From Eledone cirrhosa (taxonomy: Eukaryota), in the NCBI GenBank assembly GCA_964016885.1, contig OZ024743.1:152520001-152584000 (forward strand): a stretch of DNA of 64,000 bases, given 5' to 3'. Shown piece after piece: positions 38,823 to 51,047 of this stretch. Both the position numbers and the translations under genes were made by a program. Position 1 is the stretch's first letter. Each line of letters opens with the position of its first letter. Under the pieces are notes generated by a model. It saw only the letters and a program-made list of their open reading frames with translations. It had not been told where the DNA came from and ran no database searches.

Positions 38823-38939
38823 TAAAGTTAGTCCTTCATCAGTGATCTTCTAACCATCATTGGTATTTCATCGCTTTAAAGTGATGAAATACCAATGATG
38901 GTTGGAAGATCACTGATGAAGGACTAACTTTATTCATAT
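38816..38939. repeat. 124-bp near-perfect palindrome within (TA)n
   Basis: Symmetric about TTT|AAA (38877/38878) with two mismatches; carries CTGATGAAGGACTAACT. Confidence 0.9.
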
Positions 38940-38975
38940 GTAACCCATTTGCAACCACGCATCACCTTTATTCTC

Positions 38976-39062
<87 letters not shown>

Positions 39063-40079
39063 CTATAAAGAAGAGAGACGGTTTTAAATTTACATCCTCA
39101 TTTATTGTATACTCCTGTTATACGTATTTCAAAGGCATCAAAATGATTGCATAATAATCCTTTTGTGTGTATTCATCAGACAGGTGTTAAGTTGTGATAG
39201 TTTTGTTTTTATATGCTTCTGTAGTTAGTAACTTGGTGGTAGTAGACGACTACAGTAGGCATATGATGTTCATGATATTCATGATTGTTTTAGTGGGCAG
39301 CAGAGAGCGGGAGATACCAGCCTTGCTGAAATTCTTGGGATGACCAGTAGACAAAGGTATCAAATTACCAAGAGAGTCAGTTGCTCCAGTTCAAATATGT
39401 TAAAAAATTAGTCTGAATAATTTACTTATTTATTTTTAATTTTATCTTCTCACGTTGTGTTCATATTCTAGGGTTCGACAGTAGTAAAGAGAGGCAAGAA
39501 TATCTATGCAATGACACACCGAAAGAGTTTAGGTTTAGTGATTATGTTAAAGTGTGGGATGGAGGTTAATGTCTATGTTAACTATATAATCTAAGGAAAG
39601 TTTTAGATATTTTATGCCTACAGGTATTAAAGAGGTCCAAGCATTTGTTGATTACCTGATCTCTCCTATTAATAATATGTAGAGTTTCTGTGGTGCAAAG
39701 ATTGCAATCCCCTGAAAAGGATCCACTTACATATGGAAATGCTGTTGCGAGTGTGTACCAAGATAGAGAGTATTAAAGTTTTAAGTAACTAAGGTTTTTG
39801 TTTAATTTATGGTATGAATAATAGAGGCCAGAATTAAGGTTTAGAGTTATGTCGATGAAATTGACTATTTTACTGTTAGTTTCTAGTTCTACTTGATGAT
39901 CATAGTTACCAAAAATTTGATAATCATTTTCGTTTTCCTATTCAGAGAACTGTTATTGTGGTTAACTAAGGTAAAAGGGGCAGTGTCACAGTACAAACCA
40001 CTGCTTGGTTCCGGTATCCTGCATTTAATTAGGTGGAAAATGTATAATCCAACAAGGTCTGTAACTTGGACTGAGTTCG

Positions 40080-40081
40080 AT

Positions 40082-40138
<57 letters not shown>

Positions 40139-40211
40139 GGGAGAGAGAGGGAGAGAGAGGGAGAGAGAGAGAGTGAGTGAGTGAGAGAGAGTGAGTGAGT
40201 GAGAGAGAGAG
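40080..40211. repeat. (GA)n/(GAGT)n microsatellite
   Basis: Direct inspection. Confidence 0.95.
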
Positions 40212-40408
40212 ATGGAAAGACGTCATATATAAATACGTAAGTCATGGTGGCAACAGTGACATTTCTGATGATGATAGTAAACTAGTTAACCCAGTGAAAA
40301 TCTCACAGCTTTTGAAACCTAAGACAATATTTACTCTGACATGTATTTATTATTTCAACTTTGCGTCATTTGAATCATCATACCATTGATGGTCATTATC
40401 ATAATTTA

Positions 40409-41069
40409 GGCATAGGTTAAGAATAACGTTCGCGAAAATGAAAGTCAATTTTCTGACAAGTGAATGTGTTTTTTTTTTGTTACAGTGAAAGTTACGATAC
40501 ACTGTTTGTTTATTTACAACAGGTCTCTATAGTGATATAGTGTTAATTAGTATTGCGTGTGTGATTATTTTCTCTTATATATATGTGTGTGGGTGTGTAT
40601 ATGTGTGTATATATATGTGTGTCTGTATGTATATATATATGTGTGTTTGTATATATATATGTGTTTGTGTCATCATCATCGTTTAGATATTTTTGTAATA
40701 TCTTGCCAAAGTTGGCACCAACTATAAAGAAATTAAGGCCGGGTCATAAGAAGGACAGAGAATGATAAGGGATTTGGGTAAAAACATCTAAACGATGATG
40801 ATGACACAAACACATATATATATACAAACACACACATATATATATACATACAGACACACATATATATACACACATATACACACCCATACATATATATATA
40901 CGAGAAAATAATCACACACGCAATACTAATTAACACCATATCACTATAGAGACCTGTTGTAAATAAACAACAGTGTATCGTAACTTTCACTGTAAAAAAA
41001 CAAAAAAATCACATTCACTTGTCAGAAAATTGACTTTCATTTTCGCGAACGTTATTCTTAACCTATGCC
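40409..41069. mobile_element. Mutator-like (MULE/foldback) non-autonomous element
   Basis: About 285-bp TIRs starting GGCATAGGTTAAGAATAACG, an 85-bp spacer, and 9-bp TSD CATAATTTA (40400-40408, 41070-41078). Confidence 0.88.
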
Positions 41070-41684
41070 CATAATTTATACCATTTATTTTATGGTTCTT
41101 TGGGTACAAAGATTCCAGTGATAGGTTTTACTTGCCTATTGGTATTAACTACCCTAACACAAACTTATTTTAATTCTTTATTCCTATAGAATATAACAAA
41201 TCGTGCTCTATGGTTGAAGCAAGCAAACACCGATCTTATTAAATATTTCACTCTGTGATTTATTAATTGCTACTGGAAACTTGGTTCTTTTAAAAGGTCC
41301 AATTAACTGCACTAAAGCTCATGCGTTAAATAACTGACAGTTTAAAAAATAAACGTATTCAACAATATCCTTACTGATAACGTCAGTAGCTGCAGTTCTC
41401 AGTATATCACATAAGTGTGTGATTGTGTTTGTCTACAAGTAACCTTTCCTCTCATTTTCACTTTGTCTTTCTGCTTCTTCCTCCAACTTCCTTCTACTTC
41501 ACACTGTTACTGATTTCATCTCCTGTCGGCTCTCTCCCTCTCTCTTTCTTCATCAATACTTTTTCTCCCTCATTTTTTCCTCCCATCAAAACTCTTCACT
41601 TTCTCTAACTTTCCTCTTTTCAAAACTATTTCCACTTTCATTTCTCCTTCTATAAATCTCTCTCTCTCTTTCCCTCTCTCTCTT

Positions 41685-41775
<91 letters not shown>

Positions 41776-42189
41776 CCTTGCATATCACAAGCATAATAAT
41801 TACAGCGATGGAGTGTGAATGTAAAATCTTTTGGCATGGTGTTTACTTGATGTTTTTTCTTTCTCTGATTACCTTCTCACTGAAAATTGTTAATATTTAG
41901 GTAATTTAGAGTAAATTACTTAGTAAAAGTAGAAGACACAGAAAGGAGTGGTGATGTTTTTGTTGTTATAGTGATTTTGTTAGATGTTGGTGGTGGTGGT
42001 GGCAGCGACAACTTCTCCACTATGATTATCAGCATTATATATTTTTATAATACTTTTTTCTTGTTAGTCAACATATCACATTTCAGGTAAATGTGGCTTG
42101 AACTCAAACCAATAATCATGAACTTCGTTTCACCCACGTGTAAGTAAATGTTTACCTGGTCCCTAGACTAAACAAAATTGGTGTTGTTA

Positions 42190-42383
42190 TAGGGCGGTGG
42201 ATTGGCAGTATCGGTAGAGGGTCGGACGCCATGCTTTCCAGCATAGTTACGTCCCTTTACGATCTGAGTTCAAATCCCGCCGAGGTTGACTTTGCCTTTC
42301 ATCCTTACGGGGTCGATAAAATAAAGTACCAGTAATGCACTGGATAATTGCTGGCCTTGTGTCTAAAGTAGAAACAGTTATTT
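42190..42383 (+). mobile_element. tRNA-derived SINE, full length
   Basis: Near-identical to the 2289 copy. Confidence 0.92.
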
Positions 42384-42782
42384 AGGTTTTATAAAAGTTA
42401 GTGTTTCGACAATTACATTCAATACAGTCTGTACCTGATTGAATTAAGTACTCAACATTTAAACTGTGTTACTTTTACACCATAATTACTTGACAAATAG
42501 TGATAAACAAACAATTCTGCCTTAATGGTAAACAATGTTCGTAGTTTCGAGATTTTGAGCATTAATATTAATATTATTGGCTTCCAAAATTTAAATATGC
42601 AATTATATTTGAATATGTGCACACACCTGTGTGTATTTTTACACTTGTAAAAATAAGGACACTTTTAATTGAAGTTCTCTGTGTGCAGTAAGTAGCTTCT
42701 ACGAGAGATGCACAAATAAGATAGGTAGATCATTTTGAAAGAAATTTTTAAGTATTTCCTGCATGGAACGATAAAATAAAAT

Positions 42783-42851
<69 letters not shown>

Positions 42852-45800
42852 ATAAATGCATGCAAGCTGGATACCTTAAAAGCATTGCAATTTGGATCCT
42901 TGGTAAAAAGTTTAAAAAAAATTGTATTTATTAAATTTCACAAAAATGATTAAAATTTGGAGAGCTAGTATTCACTACCACCATAAACATGCACAAACCA
43001 CCCAGCCCCTAGTACTTCTGTTATTGTTACTTTCCTTGCTTTCATACCAATGCCACTACCACCATAATTGTTTCTACCATCACATTGAAATTCCCTTCAC
43101 TAGCATTGCCACTACGAACTTGGAATCTTCTACATGGTTGTTTGACTTGATATATATAACAATGCAGTCTCTCTCAAATCACATCTTAATATTTGATATA
43201 ATAAATTTACATGATACATACCATAAGTTTACGATCAAGATTGTCTTGGGCTAAATACCAGCAATGAGCCAAACTGTCTGCAGACCTGCAGACCTGCAAA
43301 CCTCTAAATACCTAAATGCGGAATAGCATGAAAAAAAGTTTTCCAAAGTGGGGAGAAATGAGGCAAAATTGGGGAGATTTTACATAATGAAAGCTATATC
43401 CATTTTCACAAGAGAAAACACCAAAGTGGGTCTACATCTACATCTATCTGGTCACTTAAACTGCACAAAATAGCCAAATCTCTGTGGAATTCCACTGTAT
43501 CATCACTCTTAATGTATATCAAAGATTTAAACACACTGGATGGTCTTGGCTGGAATAATTTCATCATAAACCTGCTCAATTAGGACTGACTATTACTATT
43601 GTTACAATATCAACAGCAATAAAACCAAAAGCACTTCCATGTACTACTACAAATGCAGCAGGTTATATTTAATCCCTCTTGCCTCTGTGCTTGTGATCTA
43701 CTTGTCACAGCACAACCCTTTGTGTAGCCAGACACCTCTCTATTTCTACAATGGCATGTCTTACATACAATATCTACCTTTGCTATCCCTATATCCCCAC
43801 CTCCAGGTTCTATCTCAGTAACGGATATGAAGCTTCCATTGCTTCCTCAACAGGGCTTCTTTTAAATCATATAATCTCCAAACCCACCCTCTACTCAGTC
43901 GAGGTCATAATGACTTCCTTAGGAGTAGTATTGGTGCCACAATAAAATGCACCAAGAACATACTGTGATATGCTTGGGGTTATGGAGGGCATCCAGCCAC
44001 AGAAATCATACTAAAAAATGGTATGTATGAACACAACATGCTCCTAATATTGTAACTCTGAATAAGAACCAACTTGAGCAGTAAACACTGTCCATCTAAT
44101 ACGAGCATGGAAAATAGATGCAAAAATATTGATGATGATGATGATGATGATATGTATGCATTTATGTACGTATGCATGTGTTTATGTATGTATGCATTTG
44201 TATGTATATAATACTAACCACAAATCTATTTGGCTTCTTATGCAAAATTTAGCCTTCTGCTCTGTCCACTGAAAGGAAATCAATTAAGATGAATAGTAGC
44301 CATGAGACTTGAGATGAAATTAGCTGTAATGTTTCCTGCTACCTGTTTCTCTCTCTCTCTCTTTCTTCACCCCTCTCTCTCATTCTCCTAGACAAAACTA
44401 GTCATCCAGATTTTAGTTTGTATACAAGACAGGAAGATTCTTTAAATTTCAACATTAACCTGTGAGTAAATAGTTACAGGTTGAAAACGGATATGATATC
44501 AGGCTGTTTTGCTCTTACAGTGCATGTAAGGCTGTTGAGCTGCTTCTGCCATTCCAAATTTAGAAATAATTGAATTGCAAGGGTCAATTCTATTTTCATT
44601 TTGACCTCCCCCATCATACATGTAAACAAAATTAAAAATTAAAAAAAAATTATAAACAGTTATAAACCTTATGTTACCTGAAAAGTTAGAACAATATGAA
44701 ATCCTATGCTAGTTAAAAATGTTATATATTTATTGCATACATATATATGGTATGTATATGTGTATGTAGATGTGGGCACAGACATAGTAAAAGCAGAATG
44801 GTTAAGAATTTTGTTTCACAATCATGAGGTCTCATGCTTTATCTCACTACAGAGTTTCATAGGTAAGTGTCTTCTTCCATGCCCTTAAGTCATTCAAACC
44901 AGTGTAAGTGACATTTGGTAGATAGAAACTTTTGAAAAGACAGTACCTGTAATTCAAAAGGCTAGCTTTCTCATACAAAGTAACACACTTATTTTGAGTA
45001 TATTATGGGTCTGGAATGTTCATGTTGTGTATATCTTCCTTTAAAGTTTTGAGGATACTATCTGGTTGTGTAAAAGTGGCTCTATAGACTACAGCCTTAA
45101 TTAAAAAAATGTGGAGCACTTGCTAGTTGTGCACAATGTTTTAACAAGATATTTTTGACAGATAAAATATAGATGAACTCAATAGCAAATTAATCCTACC
45201 AATAATACTTGTACTATGCAGCATTTACCATGGCTAATTTCAAATATAAATCCTACATTAAACATCTCACACTCTAACTTCTCTAACGTTTATGTAGCAA
45301 CAACATCAAGCATATAATACAATTTTTACACTGTATGATACCTGTTGGTACCTGTGAACCTGTAAATCATTCAAATCTACAGCATGGATTTTTTTCTTGG
45401 TTACTTTGATTTTTCCTTTACATTTTAATATATTGTTGCCCGTTATCTTATGTATTCAGTTACATATTTCTTTCTTTATCCATTCACTCACATATATTCT
45501 TATTTCTATAACTATTTATTTCTGCATCCCTACACACCGATTTAAAAATTACTTGCGTATTCACTCACACATTTTAAATATTTGTACATTACATATTTTA
45601 TAAATAATACTTATCATAGATCATAATTCTCTCAGCCTGACATCATGATATTACTATACTGATTGAAATATCTATACTAATAGTATTGGACACTTTAAGG
45701 AAGTGGAATCACAATGATTTACACTAAAACCCACAAACAACTGAACACCATTGCTGCTACTGCGATGGTGTTAGGGGACTAACTATTGTGATAACAGTGG

Positions 45801-48470
45801 GATAAGAGCTCTAGCACACTTGCCACTTTTGAAGCATCAGACAACATGCTTTATGGCATAGAGTTATGGCCGTTTACGATCTGAGTTCAAATTCTGCTGA
45901 GGTTAGCTGATACCCTAATCCGTTTTCCATTTTTATTTATTTATTTTCTCATGCAATGTTTTTCTTTTTTCCCCCCTTCATTACTTTTCATTTCCTCCCT
46001 AGCTCTACAACATCTTTCTCACTGCTTCTCAAACAGTCTTCGTATGAGCAATACTTTACTTATTTATATATTTTTAATTTTTAGAACTTTATATTCTGAA
46101 TTTTTTCTTTTGTTTTACATTTTTATATTTGGTTGGGATTTTAGTTTCATTTTTGCTTTGATCTTGACTTATTATGGTATTTGGATTTGATTTTGTTTCA
46201 TGGGATTAATACATAAATGAAATCCAATCCATTTTATTTGGTGACAGCTAGGATACCTGTCTGCATAGGAACATGGTTGATGAGGCAATCATTTTCTGAA
46301 GACACCTGTGACATCATCGTAGCTATGAGCAGAATTATCCTAGAAATAATTGTTATGTAATAAACATATCTTGAATTGATCTCTTCACTTCCTGATTATA
46401 TATATATTATTATACAAAGAGTAATGTAATTGTAAATCAATGACCAACAGACATATTAAAACATATGTATGTATTAGATTTCTCTCTTACTTAGTCTCGG
46501 ATTTCAAGAGAACCACTCTGCTTTGTCAGAGAGGTCATACAGAAATGTATGAATTTACTTCATAAATACATGAGCCTTCATTTGGAAAAATGTCATGCAA
46601 TAATTGGAAGAAATTCGTAGCATGGAACAGATGTCTATTTATGAAAATGTAAATCTGCTACATTCATATCATTTAATATTGGAATCTGCCAACATTTTCC
46701 CATTTCTTTTTATATATTTCAGCATAGAGATATGTCTAAACCAGAGATATGTCTAAATAGAGATATGTATTTTAATATATGGCTCGGTTGTTGTGTTGCA
46801 ATGTGCCACTCTTTGCCTAACAGATTCTATATTTTACATACCAACTATATTTATGAATATCTTTATATATTTAACTGAGCACTCTGTTCTAAGTATCATA
46901 GAAGTTGGAATATGTCAGAGTAAGTGATGTTATACATAGTTAGATATATATTAATTTAAATGAGCCCCCCTTTTTTTTTTTTTTTTTCATTTTACGCTCG
47001 CTTTTCCCTGCTTGCAAGGGTGGGACGGGAACTGATTCTGGCTTGATTTCTACAGCTGGATGCCCTTCCTAACACTAACCCCATTTACAGTGAGTGCTGG
47101 GTGCTTTTTTGCCGTGGCAACTCCACGACCACTTTGCAGTGGAATGATATGGACCCCAGTCCCTATCATCTCATTTCTACAGCTGAGTAAACTGGAGCAA
47201 TGTGAAATAAAGTGTCTTGCTCAAAGAAACAACACATCACCCGGTCTAAGAATTGAACTCAAAACCTTTAGATTGCAAGGCCAATGCTAACCACTTTGAA
47301 TTCCCACTTTTGGTATCATGTTTCTAATGAAATACATTGTCTATAATTTTGAAATCTTTTGAAATCATTTTGAAAATAATTAAGAATTTGAAATGATTTA
47401 ATATGATAATTTTTTCTTTATTAAGGTGATGATTGGAATATAAATTAACAAATGATCTTATATAAAACCATGATGGAAGGATTTTAGATAAATATAATCA
47501 CAATGTAAATAACAGCATGGTGTCATAGAACCAAGGGTGGGTTTAAGTGATTTGGAACCAAACAGTTTAAATTTGAAGTTTATATTGAGCTCTTTTTTCT
47601 GAGCTAGAATGTATACAAAGAAATTAGATGATTTTTGCCATCTCACATGTCATGAGATTATGAAGTTAGCTGAGAACATAAGCTGCTTTTCCCCTGTCAT
47701 GAAGTTTTTGCAGCTTGAAATCCCTTGTGATGCAAAAGTAGCAGGGAATATTTTTATATATTGACAGCTTATTTATATACTGCATTGAGTAATCTGTTTT
47801 TGTTAAAAATATATGACATATGGTAAAGTAAATGACAAGGTACTTTATGATTATAAATAATATATAAGACATTTGCAAACATGGAAACCTAAGAAATACA
47901 AAAATCAACAAACCTTCTCATAAGAATTGAACCACATATACATTGTATGCTGGATGACTGTATAACCAATTACACCAATGAAATTATGAAAGAATTCTGA
48001 ATCGATTGATGTGTTAAATTAGTCTGTTTAAACATTTTACTGGGTCAACTAATCATATTACCAATTACACTGTAGTCATACTGAGGAATTAACTTTGAGG
48101 GTCTTTGAAAGTAGTTTGTTTAAAATTTGCTGACAGTAGTTTGTTCAGCGATGCAATCATCTAACATATAACAACTATTAACTCTTCTGAATTGTAGAAG
48201 CCATGCCAAAAATAGAACGCATCAACAAGATGATTCTCTGAAACGTCTAGTCACAAAACGTAATGATCCATCCAATTGAAGCCAGCATGGAAAACGGACA
48301 TAAAATGAAGATATTGATGATGATGATGAACACGATGGTGAACTAATAAGAAAATCTAATAAATTTTTAATAAAAATTTTTAAAAGAAAATTTTAAATAT
48401 ATGTAGTACTGGCTGAACACATAGCCATGGGTTTTTTTTTGGGGGGGGGGGAGTGTATCACTATGGAAGA

Positions 48471-48660
48471 TAATTGTTTCTACTTTAGGCACAAGGCCAG
48501 CAATTACCCAGTTCATTACTGGTACTTTATTTTATCGACCCCGTAAGGATGAAAGGCAAAGTCAACCTCGGCGGGATTTGAACTCAGATCGTAAAGGGAC
48601 ATAACTATGCTGGAAAGCATGGCGTCCGATCCTCTACCGATACTGCCAATCCATCGCCCT
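48471..48660 (-). mobile_element. tRNA-derived SINE with TSD
   Basis: TSD TATGGAAGATAAT at 48462-48474 and 48663-48675. Confidence 0.92.
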
Positions 48661-49175
48661 ATTATGGAAGATAATAGTGGTAAATTACTACACTGAGGTG
48701 CCGTTCCAGTGCATTAGAGTAACTGATAACTAAATTATATTAATTAGGAATTTAATTAGTGTTAACTTCTGTATGCTTTGCTCTTTAGCCAACTGTTAGA
48801 CTGGCATACTCACTTTCATTCTACAACATTCCTTGATTCTCATATGTTGATTTTACCCCATTAGAGATAGTTGTAAAGAATTCTCTCTTAACGCATGACC
48901 TGCCTGGCATCGACAGGTCAGAATGTCATCTTACTCCCTCCCCCTTGTTCTACAGGCAAGTTCACCCCCCCCCCCCCGCTATGAAGGATTTTAACCATTT
49001 ACATGACATCCCAAAATCATTGACCACTCTCCGACTAGAAAAACAACAACAACGATTCTCAGGATTGTTTGATTTGATACATCTACTCTGTTTTGATTGA
49101 ATGCCCATATATGGACTGTACCCCTTGATAAGTTCAGCTAGATCCCTGCCGTCCTAATAATACTGCTTTAGTTTG

Positions 49176-49394
49176 GATCTAGCTGTCAAAATGGCCAGAG
49201 CTCAGCCGTCGAGGCCCTGACCCTTTTCCTACACATATATATATATATATATATATATGTATAGCAGAATGAAAGTGGTAAAAAGCAGTTAGACCATTAC
49301 TCACTAGAGTACTAGAGTACTAGGTAGTAGTGTGGGTAATATGAAAAATTTGGGACCTCAACGGCTGAGCTCCTGCTGTTTCAACCGCTAGATC
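49176..49394. repeat. Diverged inverted repeat (about 42-bp arms), possible old MITE
   Basis: GATCTAGC..GAGCTCAGCCGTCGAGGCCC versus GGGACCTCAACGGCTGAGCTC..GCTAGATC. Confidence 0.55.
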
Positions 49395-49449
49395 ATGACA
49401 AAAAGTACCTGGTCCATACTGTAAAGTGTTTGTGTAGGCATCACAACAA

Positions 49450-49636
49450 AAGGCACATAGTACTCACTGTAAATGAGGTTGGTGTTAGGAAGGGCATTCA
49501 GCTGTAGAAACCAATCAAAAATCAGTTCTGTATGAGCAAGACATGGTCATCTAACCTAGCATTGCCCACAACAGAACAACTTGTCTAACCCATGCTAGCG
49601 TGAAAGAATGGATGTAAAATGCTGAAGATGATGATA
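49450..49636 (+). mobile_element. RTE-type 3' tail fragment; others at about 43975-44150, 46990-47140 (-) and 48215-48330
   Basis: GTTAGGAAGGGCAT.CAGCTGTAGAAA...CCCATGCTAGC...(GAT)n is shared with the RTE 3' UTR at 2690-2870. Confidence 0.7.
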
Positions 49637-50277
49637 TATAGGTGAAGAAAACATGGTGGAGAAAGTAACAAGCAGTTGAAATGTGAGGATTTCAAACAGA
49701 GTAAACAAAAAGTATAAAAAGTGAAAAAGAAGACATGTGGTTCAGAAAGTAAATGCGCAAGCATATGGGATTTTATGTAGATTTATGAGTATGTATGGAG
49801 TTAGTGAGTATGTTTATATGCTGATGGATGCATGCATGATATATGCTGTGTATGCAAGTGTATGTGAAGGTGCATAGCTTAGTGGGTAGAACAACCACAC
49901 CTTACCCAGGTTTGTTCCTCAAGGAGGAACTTTGTAGGTACAAAACCATGATCATTCGTGACTGAAGGGGGCCTTTGATGCAGATATATGGATGTGGAAG
50001 GTTAGTGTATGTAGCCTGTGACATATATATGTGTATAGTGGTATATGTATGATGTATTGCAGCAGGGTGGTGAAATGAAAGTATATGTAGTGGTACTGTG
50101 TGAATGGAAAGTGTGTGTGGTGACAGGGTGATAAGGTGCAGTTAGGTGAATGTCACTACAACGTTTATCAATAAGGAATAGAAAAACCAAGATAGAATAT
50201 CAAATATTGTTCCTAAACACTGTAAGAAGCACTCAAGCTATGGTGTAAAAGAACACTATACACTGAGAGATAAGAAA

Positions 50278-50468
50278 TAATTATTTCTACGTTAGGCACA
50301 AGGCCAGCAATAATCCAGTGTATTACTGGTACTTTATTTTATCGACCCCCGTAAGGATGAAAGGGAAAGTTAACCTCGGTGGGATTTGAACTCAGAATGG
50401 CAAGGGCTGTAACTCTATGCGTCAAAGCATGGCGTCCGACCCTCTACCAATACTGCCAATCCACCGCC
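50278..50468 (-). mobile_element. tRNA-derived SINE with 21-bp TSD
   Basis: TSD CACTGAGAGATAAGAAATAAT at 50261-50281 and 50468-50488. Confidence 0.92.
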
Positions 50469-50600
50469 ACTGAGAGATAAGAAATAATGAGAGCGGGTGA
50501 GTAAAGGGCAACAGATGTGGTGATATTCAAGCAGATGTCTATATATCACCATCATCATTGTCGTCATTTATTGGGCACAAAATTCTGATGATGATGGTAT

Positions 50601-50978
50601 ATCATCATCATCATCGTTTAACGTCCATATTCCACGCCTGCATGGGTTTGGACGGGAGTTTTCCCACTTGAGGCAAGAGTGGTTGTCTTGCTCGCATAGG
50701 ACTGTCTGGCGGGTTTTCTACGGCTGGATGCCCTTCCTAACACCAACCACGTTTACAGTGTGGACTGGGAGGTTTTTACCGTGTTACCTACACGCCCACA
50801 TTACAGCGTGGACTGTGTGTTTTTTTGTCGTGACACCTACACGACCTCATTTGTTTCGGACTGGATGTTGTGGTACCAACATAACTTTACATTGAAAGGG
50901 GTGGTGTGGATGGGGTGGGGGTAGTGGGATGGGGGTGTATTTTTGTTAGAGGTGCCTACTGACTGTAGTAGGTTTCAC
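50601..50978 (-). mobile_element. RTE 3' UTR-only copy
   Basis: Close match to 25817-26205; 5' end truncated in (TA)n. Confidence 0.88.
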
Positions 50979-51013
50979 TATATATATATATATATATATA
51001 TACATATATATAC

Positions 51014-51045
<32 letters not shown>

Positions 51046-51047
<2 letters not shown>

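Noticed and set aside
42190-42290. tRNA gene
   Set aside because: A/B boxes are present but there is no cloverleaf, and it continues into the SINE body; the same holds for all copies.
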